From assembly GCA_013265495.1 (NCBI GenBank), contig MU058844.1, positions 4,269,535-4,333,534 of the forward strand: a DNA stretch of 64,000 nucleotides, read 5' to 3'. Positions within the stretch are counted from its first letter, which is position 1. Each line of letters begins with the position of its first letter. A model generated the notes under the pieces. That model was given only the letters and a program-made list of their open reading frames with translations. It made no database searches and had not been told where the DNA came from. This stretch comes from Vicugna vicugna. Taxonomy: Eukaryota. Positions 52,447 through 64,000 of this stretch are shown piece by piece. A program made the position numbers and the translations under genes.

Positions 52447-52809
52447 GGGAGGCACAAGAATTTGGAGTTTAGGAAGCATTTGAAATAAAAAATATATTTT
52501 GTAGTTATCAGTATATATATTATAACTGAAGCTATGAGAATAAATGAAATTTCTTGAGAGAACTAAATACACATATACTCATACATATCTTTATTACCAT
52601 AGATGACCATATTTATTTATTGTATATGTTATTCATATATATTTATTATCACATATTTCATAATGAACCGCTCGTTAAATATCAGCATGGATAGATTATG
52701 AAAACATAACATTGAGTGAAAAAAGAAAGTTTCAAAATTTTGCACAAACATGAGAGCATTTATATAAATTTATGATACATTAAATCTATATATTGCTTTT
52801 GGGTGATTA

Positions 52810-53025
52810 ATAATAATGATGACTAACACATACTGATGTTATATGCCAGATCCTCTTCTAAGCATATTGTATATACTAACTATACATTTATTACAAGAAA
52901 ATTTTGAGGCTGGCACACTAGTAAAATAATTCTTTTTAATATAAATAATGAACTTGATCTAAAGACAGGTCAAGCTACTTGCCCTAGGCCACATAGTTAA
53001 GTGGCAAAGCTAGGATTCACCCAGT
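52810..53025 (-). mobile_element. degraded MIR
   Basis: AATAATGATGACTAACACATACTGA...ATGCCAGA...CTACTTGCCCTAGGCCACATAGTTAAGTGGCAAAGCTAGGATTCA. Confidence 0.65.
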
Positions 53026-53129
53026 TTGAAAGATGAAATGGACATAGGTCAACTTCTGGATATTGACACTTTAAGGTAAGGCACACTGGAAAGAGAGAAC
53101 TAGCCCAGGATATAGAGAATTGTAATTTT

Positions 53130-53980
53130 ATTAAAATATAGCCTAGCTTTTCCAATGAAAAGGCCCCCAAATCAAAATTACCCCCTAAATTACCAGACTA
53201 CTTAGCAGTGGTGAATACCCCTACTATCCCAAATGTGATTTTAAAATACATTTCTCATGAAAATCAACAGGGCTTAGCAAAATGGGTGATTCCCAGTCTA
53301 GGTTTGCGTCAGGAAAAGCACAAGATGAACTTATAATAAGTTGATGTATCAAATAGCAAAGATATCATCAAAGTCTATTAAATCATGTAAAAAAAAAAAA
53401 CCCAAACCCTCCTGGCCAAAGATGGAAAAAAATTAAACTTCAATGAGAATAACAACTCCAATAGATTGAATCACACTGAATGCACTTCATCTTTGAGTTC
53501 GTAAGGACAGTTAAAACCTATTGTGCAGCAAGGCAGAGTGCTTGAGAACCGGCTCGTTTTCTTGAAAACTGGTAAATAAAGGGAAACAAGCCTTGGCTTC
53601 CCTACATCAACCACATCTTGTGGTAACCAAACAGCAGATGAGGGGAGGTTTCTTTAAGGGGAGAAGTTAATCAAATAACAAATACAAAAGGCAATAGATT
53701 ATCATTATCTTGCAACCCCTAGTGAATTAATGAATTCATGCAATTATCAATGACCGCTAACATCCCAAAAAGAGAGATAGCCAGATACCGCATACGCCCT
53801 TAGATACATACCATCTGTAAGTAATCTTGCCAAAAATTTTAAATGGAATCAGATCAAGCCTCTACCTCCAATTACCAATTTGCAAAGTATACAGAAAGAT
53901 GTTGAATGATAAGGACAGACCCAGCAAAATGTAACAAAATTCAGACAGATAACAAGACACTCTACAACAGACTGACTGAG
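53130..53980 (+). mobile_element. old L1 3' region (L1MC4-like)
   Basis: GGCCAAAGATGGAAAA, TTCTTGAAAACTGGTAAATAAAGGGAAA, GTGGTAACCAAACAGCAGATGAGGGGAGGTTTC, TTGCAACCCCTAGTGAATTAATG, ATCAGATCAAGCCTCTA. Confidence 0.75.
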
Positions 53981-54827
53981 AAAAAAGAGATTTCTAGTCT
54001 GGTTTCCAGTCTGCCATGCAAGAGGCTAGAACTCACCACGCCTTCCTAACAAAAATAAAAAGGCTGAACAAACGGAAAAAATCAACAACTCTTCATGGCA
54101 TGGTTAAGAGAAGTGAGGTCACAGTGTAGAGACCAATAGATGAATACAGAAAATCACAGCTTACCAGAGCAAACACCCAGGAGCACAAGCCTCTGAAGGA
54201 ACCAGGCAGGGAAGTCAGAACTGCAACTGATGAGCTGCTGGAGGCTCAGCAATGACACCTCTGAGAGAGAAGAACAGGAGGGGAAGCCAGTCATGAGGAG
54301 CCCCATATCTTTGTGAATTTTACCTCCAAGAGTTTAACCAGATTCTCAGTGAATTTCAGAGGAAAATCACCTTGTGCTTCTGGCAGAGGGAAGGGAAAAG
54401 GAACCATTTTGAAATACGTCACAGCATTGTGTTCTTAACAAGGTCTGCCCACAGGAGCAACTATTTAACTGCAGCCTAAACTGCTGGGGTTTTATCAAAG
54501 CCTAACTGACCTGAGGGGGAGGAAATTTGCAACTCCAGCTGCCTCTAGCCATCCTATCCCACTTAAGTGGAAAGAATTGGAAAATGAGAAGCAGGTGTGT
54601 GGTTCACAGCCCAGGGGTACCAGCTCACTTAAAGACTGAGACCTACTCTTATGACCATAGAACTCCTCCCCTCTCCTCACACCTCACCGCCACGTTACCA
54701 GAAACCTATTTAGAGTGGTTCTCTTACCCAGCTGATCATTTCTAAAACATCGTGAAAAAAACTACAAAACATACTAAAAGGCAAAAACATACTTTGAAGA
54801 GACAGAGCAAGTATCAGAATAAGACTC

Positions 54828-54962
54828 GGTGGGGGGGGAAACTCAGTGGTAGAGTGTGTGCTTAGCATGCATGAGGTCCCGGGTTCAAACCCCAGTACCT
54901 CCATGAAAAATAAATAAACCTGATTACCTCCCTCTCTAAAAAAATTTTTTTAATTAAAAAAA
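54828..54962 (+). mobile_element. tRNA(Ala-like)-derived camelid SINE (Vic-1-like)
   Basis: GG...ACTCAGTGGTAGAGTGTGTGCTTAGCATGCATGAGGTCCCGGGTTCAAACCCCAGTACCTCCA with A/B boxes, then AAATAAATAAACCTGATTACCTCCC and an A-rich tail. Confidence 0.9.
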
Positions 54963-54979
54963 GAAAATCAAACTCAGAT

Positions 54980-55180
54980 ATAGTTTTAGTTAACAATATT
55001 GTACTGCATTTTTAAAAGTCGATAAAAGAATACATCCTAAATATTTCCACTATCACCAGTAACAAAAAATGGTAATTATTTGAAATGATAGGTGTGTTAA
55101 CTTATCATGGTAATCATTTCATAATGGATATACATTAAACTTACACAATATTATATATCAAATATACCTCCATAAATCTG
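54980..55180 (+). mobile_element. L1MA-type 3' UTR fragment inserted in ORF1 of the host L1, no polyA tail
   Basis: TAGTTAACAATATTGTACTGCAT...GGTAATCATTTCATAAT...TTAAACTTACACAATATTATATATCAAATATACCTCCATAAATCTG; resembles 22130-22335. Confidence 0.75.
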
Positions 55181-56886
55181 CCAAGGAGTCTAAGGATAAT
55201 GTAGACAGCAATAACATAAGCAGAGAGATGGAAATTTTAAGCAAAAACCGAAAAGAAATGCTAGAGATCAAAAACACTGTAACAGAAATAAGGAATACCT
55301 TTGATGGGCTCATTAGTAGACTAGACACAGCTGAGGAAAGAGTCTGCATTTGAGAATATCTCAATAAAAATCTTCAAACTGAAAAGCAAAGAGAAAAAAG
55401 ATTAAAAAACGAAATAGGATATCCAAAAACTATGGGACAATTATAAAAGGTGTAACATATATGTAATGGGAATTCCAAAAGGAGAACAAAGAGAGAAATA
55501 AACAAATGAAATATTGGAAAGAATAATGTGCTAGTCTCTCTGTATTTTTCCTCTCCCCCTGAAAATTTCCCCAAATTGTCAGATACTGAAACACTGATCC
55601 AGCATGGTCAGAGAATACCAAGCCATATAAATAACCAACCACCTCCAACCAAGAGAACCAAACCAAACAAAAATCCTGACTAGGCAAATCATTTTCAAAC
55701 TATAGAAAATCAAAGATAAAGAAAACTCCTAAAAGAAGCCAGAGGAAAAACATCTTACTATAGAGGAAAAAAGATACGAATTACATCTGACTTCTCAGAG
55801 ATCATGTGAGCAACAAGAGAGTAGAGTGAAATATTTAAAGTTTTGGGAGGAAAAAAAAACAACAACCAAGAATTCTGTACTATGTGAAATTACTCTTCAA
55901 AAGGAAAAGAGAAATAAAACTTTCTGAGACAAACAAAAATTGAGGGAATTTGTTGTCAGAGATCTACATTGCAAGAAATGTTAAAAGAAATTATTTAGAC
56001 TGATGAAAAATGCTGTAGGACAGAAACTTGTATCTACATGAAGAAAGTAAGAGTCAGAGAAGAAATAAGTGAAGGTAAAATAAAAACTTCTGGTTTTCTT
56101 ATTTTCAGTTTCATCTAACAGATAATGGTTGTTCAAAATAATACTAGCAACAATTCAACTATGTATGTACATAGATAGTTCTATATATATGTGCACATAT
56201 ATACATGAAATGAATGACAGCAATGATACAAGGGATGGGAGGAGTTAGAATGATCTGGTGTACTCACACCGTCTGTGAGCATATCAGTTATACATCTTTT
56301 TTTTGTTGTTTTTACTTTTTTAGTGATTGCCCTAGAGTTTGCAATATTCATGATAACTAATCCAAGTCTGTTTTTAAATGACGCTATACAATCTCACAGG
56401 TGATCTAGCAATCACGCTCCTTGGTATTTGCCCAAAGGATTGAAAAATTACATCCATAAAAAACCTGTGCATGAATGTTTACAGCAGCTTTGTTCATAAT
56501 GTCCAAAACTTGGAAGTAACCACGATGTCCTTCCATAGGTTAATGAATAAATAAACGGCAGTACATTTAGACAATGGAATATTATTCAGGAAGATCTTTT
56601 CTTTTTTGTGCTGGGAAAAGACATGGAGGAACCTTAAATGCATATTAGTAAAGTGAAAGAAGCCAATCTGAAAAGGCCACATGCTGTATGATTCCAACTA
56701 CGGGACATTCCGGAAAAGAGCACAACTGTGGAGACAGTAAAAAAGATTAGTGATTGTCATGAGTTAGCGGGGAGGGAGGCATGAAGAGGTGGAGCACAGA
56801 TTTTTAGAGCAGTGAAAATACTCCATATGATATACCATAGTGGTGGATACATATCATTGTACATTTGTCCAAACCATACAATGTAC

Positions 56887-57194
56887 TTTTAAAAACTTTT
56901 AATTGAAGTATAATCGGTTTACAATGTCGTGTTAATTTCTGGTGTTCAGTACAGTGACTCACTTATACATATGTGTATATATATATATTTATGTATATTC
57001 CTTTTTAAATTCTTTTTTATTATAGGCTATTACAAGGTATTGAATTAGTTCCCTGTGCTTTACAGTAGGATCTTGTTTATCTATTTTTATATATGTAGTT
57101 AATATCTGCAAATCCCAAACTCCTGATTTATCCCTCCACACCCTTCTTTCCCCTGGTAACCATAAGTTTGTTTTCTATATCTGAGTCTGTTTCT
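56887..57194 (-). mobile_element. short camelid-type L1 3' UTR with 16-bp TSD
   Basis: Reverse homologue of 44440-44755; TSD CAAACCATACAATGTA (56870-56885) versus CAAACCATGGAATGTA (57195-57210). Confidence 0.92.
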
Positions 57195-59089
57195 CAAACC
57201 ATGGAATGTATAAATCCAACTATAATCTATGAATTGGGTAATTATGATGGGTCAATGTATGTTCATCGATTGTAACAAATGTACTCTTCTTGTGAGGTAT
57301 GTTGATAATGGGGGTAATGCATGTATGGAGGCAGAGTATGTGGGAAATCTCTGTACCTTCTGCTCAACTGTGCTGTGAATATAAAACTTCTGTAATGAAT
57401 AAGTATAGCATGAGTGAATAAACATTTGCATGAATAAAATAGCTAGCAAATATGCTTCAACAACAAAAAAGAAGTGGAAAAATGGTTCCTTGTAAAAAAT
57501 ACATATTATTTCTGAATTTTTTAAAGAACAGCTGTGAAAAGGCAAAGGTTAGAGATTCTGGTATTAGATGAAATTGAGGATATGTCCTTCAATTCTTGGA
57601 GTAGAGGCTCCCCATTACCTCATTAAAATACAGATTCACTCAAGGAATAATCTTCTCAATTTTAGGATTTAATTACATAAAATTTAAATTCTGATTTTGG
57701 TATTAATGCAAAAAAAAAAAAACCCAAAGACACAAAATATCAGTCCAACAAATGAATAACTATTTAGTTAATTGAAAACTGACAGATGCCTAGACTAAAA
57801 CTGATGGATAACTTAAAGTCAAACTTGATGCAGGGAAGATAAGTCTTTAAAAAAAAAGAATATGACTCAAGCTCAAACATTTCTCTTTTTCACTTAGGAA
57901 GGATTTTACACTTGGGATAGAAGCCAGTGATTTATTAGGTTAAGTCTTCTCTCAAGAGCACTCTGGTCATTCTCACTAGTCAAACGTAACAGTTTCATTG
58001 TACAAATCCAAGCATTATACTTTATTTTTATTACTTTTCAGAGACTGTGAGAGTATTGAATTTAGAAAGGAAAGACTAATATCTTCAGTGACATTATTGT
58101 TGATCAAAGCACTTCTTTGCAAGGAGCTTGAGTCTTCACCAACAATGACTATTGACTCTTCAGATAAAGCTTCATAAAAAGTTCAGAAGGAAAATGATGA
58201 CTACAATTTTAATTTAGCAACTGGGACCACTGGCCAGGATTAGTAAGACCTTTAAAGTATCAGTAAAATTTGATCAACCTGAATATAAAGATAGGCAAAA
58301 TATTTTCAGTCTTCTTTCCAGATAGTCAGTGGAAAGAATTTGTTGTTATTCAGTGGTACCATATAGCTTGGTTCTCCTCTGCTTCTTTTAGAAAGAAAAA
58401 CTTTCTATTCTCAGTGAATTAAGAAAAAAAAGAGAAAATATCACTTAGAATTTTTATCTCTTTCTTTCAGTTATAAATCTATTTTTCTGTCAGCTGCAAT
58501 CATGGACATAAAAATGTGCATGAGTCCCAGAAATTATCAGGTGTTGACCCTTTGACAAATTATATATTTTCTGCTTTTCATCATAATTCCCATTTGGTTA
58601 TCATTTTTCATGGTACTTATGGTCGGAGCATCAAGTCTGCCAAAGTTTGACAAAAACTGTTCCAAGTTAGGCTTTGTTGCTCTGTCCTATCACCCAACAT
58701 AACAGGAAATAGTAAGGACACAGTTAAATGGAGCTAGAATAAGGCTGACTGTCATTGTAATGACCACACTGAAGTATTGTGGCTTAATGCAGAGATTCTC
58801 AACAGGTAAAAATTATACTGATACTGATATTCTTATCCCTTGGGGGACTTTGAAGAGCCAAGAACAGAGTCTTGGGCCCATCAAACAGCCTTATCAGTGT
58901 ACTTCAGTATGTCACACTGATAATCATGTTCTCTGTGTGTTATAATGTAAAAATGATTGTAAAGAACTGGTCTAATGTTTTAAAAATTAAGCAAAGGAAT
59001 TCTTCCTCAATGATTACATTCTTAAATTTTCATATGCCCCCACTAGTATTAATTAAATACAATTATTTATTTTTGAAATAAGTGTACTG

Positions 59090-59091
<2 letters not shown>

Positions 59092-59123
<32 letters not shown>
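59092..59123. repeat. (TA)16 microsatellite
   Basis: Perfect TA run. Confidence 0.95.
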
Positions 59124-59126
<3 letters not shown>

Positions 59127-59239
59127 TCCAAAAAATAGTTTGCAACTCAATAAATACTGATGTTAATATTTAAAAAATCCTTCACATAAGTTCCAGAGAG
59201 AGAGATTATATTTCATTATTCTTACTTACTGTTGTATTA

Positions 59240-59900
59240 TGAATAAAATCTGGATCCACAAAAAGGAATAAAGAGTACTAGAAATAGTAAATACATGGGC
59301 AAATATAAAATATTTTTCTTATGTAGATTTCTTTAAAAGATAAAAAACAAGTTTCTGAGCCGAAAAGAATCTACATATGTGTCCAAAGAACCCATCACAT
59401 TCCAGGAAAAAATATCAATAATAAGAGACAAACATTTAGATATATCCTGGAGTAATTTTTGAGTTGTAATCACAATTAAATATCCTCTTTTTGTGCAGAA
59501 TACTGCTTCTTTGCTTCCGCAGTAAGTTTTAATCAGGCTAATTTTTTTTCTTATCTCCTTGAAACCCTTATGTAGTCATCTCCCTCTTCACTTGCTTGTG
59601 TTACCTTTTAAATGATAGTATTTTCTCCTTATGATTTTCCATTCTTGTTTCTAAGAGCCCAAGACTTTTTTGCATTCTATTGAGAATATCTACTCATTTT
59701 TTAAGCCTTAGAATGAATTATATCTTATTTTCCAAAATATTCTCTTCGCATGAGGTTTGAGATCCCTCTTTTCCCTTGCTCTGCAGTATTTTTATATTGC
59801 TCTCTCTTGCTTCTGTTCCTTTAGCCACCATCAAAAAACCAAAATCTTTTCAAATTTTGTATTTGGCAACAGACAAATTGTGCAAATTACCCTTGGTTCA
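59240..59900. mobile_element. very old L1M/HAL1-like fragments
   Basis: TGGATCCACAAAAAGGAATAAAGAGTACTAGAAATAGTAAATACATGGGCAAATATAAAA and ACATTCCAGGAAAAA...AGATATATCCTGG resemble ORF1-adjacent L1M/HAL1 sequence. Confidence 0.4.
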
Positions 59901-60286
59901 ATTCATACATTCTTGGATCTTGGATAATGATTAAATCTCTCTATCAAATCTACAACTAGAGAGAAGGTTGCTATAAACAGCTCCGAGGTTAATTCTCAGT
60001 TTCTCACAAGGATATGCCTAGTTTGGCTATGTACCACTATGGCTGCTATTTATACTGCAGAAAGTTTCCTCTTCTCAATGACAAGCTGTACAAATTACTG
60101 CAATTCCTAGGACATACTCTTTCTAGGAATTTCTGATTGCCTCCGATTCTTGGTATTGGTTTATTTGTGGAAACAACTCTTAGTCTCTTAGACAATAATG
60201 CTTTGTTACTAGACCTCCATTGTCCAGCTGACTTTCTGGGATTTTCTATCTTTGATTAGATAAACAAAGAATAGAAGTCAAGAGGC

Positions 60287-60313
<27 letters not shown>
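60287..60313 (+). repeat. A27 homopolymer
   Basis: Read directly. Confidence 0.95.
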
Positions 60314-60317
<4 letters not shown>

Positions 60318-63149
60318 CCACACTATTTCAGTTGTCCCAAAATGGAATAAATGCATGCTAGAAGGACAGTAACTTAATATTCTTCTTGCTATAATATCAA
60401 GTATCCAATCATTGAAACTACAGTGGGACAGGAGCAAAGTATCATCTCTACAAAATGAAATCTGGATGACCTAATGAGGTGACCTTAAGTAACTTTTTTC
60501 CCTAATCGTATCAATTCTCACATACTTAAAAAAGACTTCCTAAAATCTGACATGAGATGGTCTATGGACCTCAGTGTTGTGCTGTTTTTGTAACATTTTC
60601 TCTCATTGTCTTCCTAGATATTTTAGTGGGAAGTAAGGGAGAAGGCATTGGGAACTACCAGCCAAATGGTATTTGAATGAAAAGTCCAGATGGGGACATT
60701 TTTTTGCTTCATTCATTAACTTTTTTATTCTCATTTAAAAATATTAAGAATCAGTTCCATTATTGATTAGCTAGACATTTATTCAATTGCTCTATTTGTA
60801 AGCATCTTCTGTAACTTTCTGGTTGTGAAGTTCCCAAATTGCTCTGGTATCACTGCTGTGCTACTACCAAAAGTCAAGGAGAAAAATATAGCAGAAGTTT
60901 GGCCTCATCTGATGGGCTTACTTATACATAATTTTCCACTTGAATGAAGAGTTGTTTATTTTTTCAAAAACTGGAAAATAATGCATTTTGAACACCTACT
61001 CTGACCAATACCACATTAAATACCTTGATAAATCTTTTCCTATTTTAACCTTTGAAAAAAGAGGACATCCAACTACCAGTAATAAAGATGAGACAAAATG
61101 AGCCTCAGAGAAGTCAAGGGAGCTGTTCAATGTCCTACAATTTTTAGCCCAGCTCAGATCTATGTGACCAGTGAGTCCCTGGCCTTTCCAGCACACCATG
61201 ATGAACATTTAACATATGAAAGTAATTAATACATTCACATTTTATGTACTGTCTTTAAGCAAATTCTTAACCAGAAACAGACAATAAATGAATTGTACTG
61301 ATGACAATATTTTCAGCCTTTTCCTGGAAGACAAAGTTAGTCAAAGCAAATAGTTACAATATTTTTGAAAATCTTTCTAATTTCTCATAATACACCATGA
61401 ACTGCTTAAAAAATTAAAAGATCTGAATCATCCTTCCTTCCTTGTTATGCAATAATTTACTCTTTGAAAATTTACTTGTTTGGATAGCTGGAATCCATAA
61501 TTTTGGGAAAACAGAAGCTTCCAGAGAGAAAGACTTTGAAGACAAATAAGTTGGGAAGCCTACCCCTACCCTATCATCTGGGAATGCTAGGAATCCTACC
61601 CCTTTGTTATACAAGGCATAAAATAGTCACCTCCAGCTTCCAGCAGGGTGCTTCACCACTGTGCTCTGCTGACTATAGAGCCTGCTAGGAAGGAAACCGG
61701 GTCAGGTGTTCTGGAGAGGAATTGATACGAGTATGTATGTAGTAAGTATGAGGCAAAATATGGATTAAAGCTGTAACCCTAATGGTGGAGAGAGGGTAAC
61801 AGTGAGAAATAGTCTCCAAAGAAACTCAAGCAAATACAGGATATTTATGGACCAGGTAGAGAGAACTTTGGGAAGATAAAGTGAGCTGCAGAGCTGAATC
61901 GATGGCAGGAATTCTGCTTGAAAATGAGACACATGAGAGCAAGGATGGGGTCCAGCTCTGGGGAAGTAAGTACAGGCCAAGTGTAAACAACATAGACTCA
62001 AGGCAGCTGGTGAGTCAGAGTCACATCTGCCCACCACAAGTGCTCAGGGCTGGAAAAGCAAAGGAATCCTGGATAGTGAGATGGCCTGGCACAAGAGAAC
62101 ATGTGTCACCCCCTGGCATCCACCATCATCACCATTATACTCACATATACACAGGCAAGTGTATTTTGCAGGAGTGCACTTATCTTTTCACAATTTGAAA
62201 AGATGGAACAAACAGGACAGGTAGCTTGATGATTTTGCCAATTCAGATCTTGTTCAGGAACTGCTTTATAAGGAAATCAGATTTCTGATAGCAGTTTTCA
62301 TGCTAACACTCAGAAAATTATAAATCTCTTATTGGATCTTATTTGAGTATTTCTCCCTGAACAACAGCTGAAAGTGAATATTTGCCTCAGAGGTTTAACA
62401 GAGATGTAATGGTTTATGAGTGAAAAGTTCAATCCATTTTACAGAATTAGTTGTAGAAGAATTAAGACAGACATATATACACTGATAGACTATTACATGC
62501 AGGGTGTCTATACAATTACACATAGAAAATATGTTATTTAATAGACATCTAAAACTCAGGCATAAATACATATCAAACAACTAACAACTCAGAGCTAGAG
62601 AATAGTGTGCCTTGGTGTCAATGACCAACTCCTCCCAAGAATGACTGATAACACTCTACCCACTCCTTCTCTTTTACTTCTCATGTTAATCACAGAAACA
62701 ATCCATCCTGGACTGGTCAATTCCTTTTACTAGAAGTGGTATAAAAAAATCGCAACTATTTCCATGTATCTAAGTTAAACATAAGTTTCAAATTTTAGGC
62801 ATAGGGACTGACTTCATCAATGGTGGTTCTCCTGATTTATCTGTGTCTTTATTTCTTTGGTACATCATTGAGGCTTGCAAATACAAGGATTGCACTACAC
62901 TCTCTTTCTTCTGAGTCACTTTCTGGACAAAATAACTTCTCAATGATTCCCTAGAAGGTTGCTTAAAGACATTTCTAACTATTGGTGGAAAGAGAACATT
63001 AAGGACAAGATCATATAGTAAAGATTTTCCTTTCTTCCTCCTTAAAACATTCATTCTATGATTACTTAATTTGATTAAAACTTGAATATATGCTTGATAG
63101 TAAAAGTTATCTGAATCAACTTTGGTATGATTTTACTGTTTAATAGTTT

Positions 63150-63872
63150 CATGCACTCTGAATTCACTGTAGGAATGAGGTGATATGGAAATGTATCAAC
63201 ATTTCCCCCAGGAGTTATTTGATAAAAGGTATCAAATTTTTAATTGTACATGCCCTGGCATTTCAACTTCCATGAATCTGTCCTTAGATATATTATGTAC
63301 AAATCCTTAAAGATATACTACAAGTACATTTACTGCAGCACAGCTGGTATATTGAAAGCCATTTAAAAGCCCACAAATAGATATTTGGTATATTAGTTAA
63401 GCATCCTGGCAATGGAATACTATGCAATTTTTAAAAGAATGAGGTAGATTCTATAAGACTCACTATAAAAAAGATATCTAAAATATATTAAAGAAAGCAA
63501 TGCATAGATTATTGTGTGTAATACAATTCATTTGTATTTAAACATATGTCCTTGAGGGGAGGGTATAGCTCGAGTGTTAAGAGTGCATGCTTAGCCCTGG
63601 GTTTAATCCCCAGGACCTCCCTTAATTAATAAACAAACAAAGAAACAAACAAAACTAATTACCTCCCCCTGTCAAAAAAACCCCAACAAACAAAAAACAT
63701 ATGTCTTTGAAAATTCTTGTATATACATAAAACATTTCTAGAAGGTTATGAAAGATACAGTTTACAGTGCTTATCTCTGGAGAGTATGACAGGGTAGGAG
63801 GAGGGAAGAATGCTGTTCACGTATAAAGTCTGCATTGGTTGACATTGCTAATCATATGTTATTTTTAGAATA
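63150..63872 (+). mobile_element. L1ME-like 3' end, split by a SINE
   Basis: CATTTACTGCAGCA, CAATGGAATACTATGCAATTTTTAAAAGAATGAGGTAGAT, TTTCTAGAAGG...ACAGTGCTTATCTCTGGAGAG. Confidence 0.7.
63556..63694 (+). mobile_element. tRNA-derived camelid SINE (Vic-1-like) with 16-bp TSD
   Basis: GGGGAGGGTATAGCTC...GAGTGCATGCTTAGCCCTGGGTTTAATCCCCAGGACCTCC...AACTAATTACCTCCCC; TSD AAACATATGTCCTTGA (63540-63555) versus AAACATATGTCTTTGA (63695-63710). Confidence 0.92.
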
Positions 63873-64000
63873 GGAAGTTTAGTATCTATTTTCTATCCTA
63901 TTGACCAAAGAGTTTCACAAAAGTAAGCACTTCTAACACGAGGCCCCTAAAAAGAGAAAAGTCGTCTTTTTAGTGGATATAGGAAGGAAATTTCTTAAGT

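Larger units (their letters stand above)
53988..57400 (+). mobile_element. rearranged L1 (L1MC/MD-like): 5' UTR + ORF1 + inverted spacer piece + 3' end, ORF2 nearly absent; hosts three later insertions
   Basis: ORF1 coiled-coil readout at ~55220-55345 EMEILSKNRKEMLEIKNTVTEIRNTFDGLISRLDTAEERV; CCAAGAATTCTGTACTATGTGAAATTACTCTTCAAAA; 3' end from 56401 is homologous to 44760-45399. Confidence 0.85.

Noticed and set aside
54838..54903. tRNA-Ala-like sequence ending in CCA
   Set aside because: Head of a SINE: it is followed by a tRNA-unrelated part and A tail, the acceptor stem is imperfect and a second copy has TSDs; not a tRNA gene.
60260..60320. A27 run as a retrocopy tail
   Set aside because: No clear polyA signal, no recognisable upstream element and no TSD; treated as a simple homopolymer.
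62788..63054. 88-aa ORF on the minus strand in non-repeat DNA
   Set aside because: No family resemblance, no exon structure, and a length expected by chance.

Overview
Mammalian, AT-rich, CpG-depleted non-coding DNA (intergenic or deep intronic), dominated by transposable-element fossils. Two tRNA-Ala-like SINEs of the camelid (Vic-1-like) type, plus lineage-type L1 3' ends and no recognisable Alu, BovB or PRE-1, point to a camelid genome (inference). I recognise no intact protein-coding gene, rRNA, tRNA gene or CRISPR array. The listed ORFs are either L1 ORF fragments or chance ORFs. Content: several L1s (two long rearranged copies at ~17.3-22.3 kb and ~54.0-57.4 kb), L2 and MIR relics, MaLR/ERVL/ERV1 solo LTRs (one young, with a U3 duplication), hAT MITEs and a ~1.25 kb Charlie-type hAT transposase remnant. 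The items most worth a second look are: an unidentified ~230 bp antisense insert replacing ORF1 of an L1; an L1 with a micro-inversion bounded by 7-bp inverted repeats plus loss of ORF2; a tail-less L1 3' fragment with a target deletion; a possible unassigned processed pseudogene at 3.2-4.85 kb; and a near-palindromic CTCF motif at 13.07 kb. I do not see convincing evidence of a new biological system. Repeat family names come from remembered consensus sequences, not from a search, and boundaries are approximate unless TSDs are quoted.
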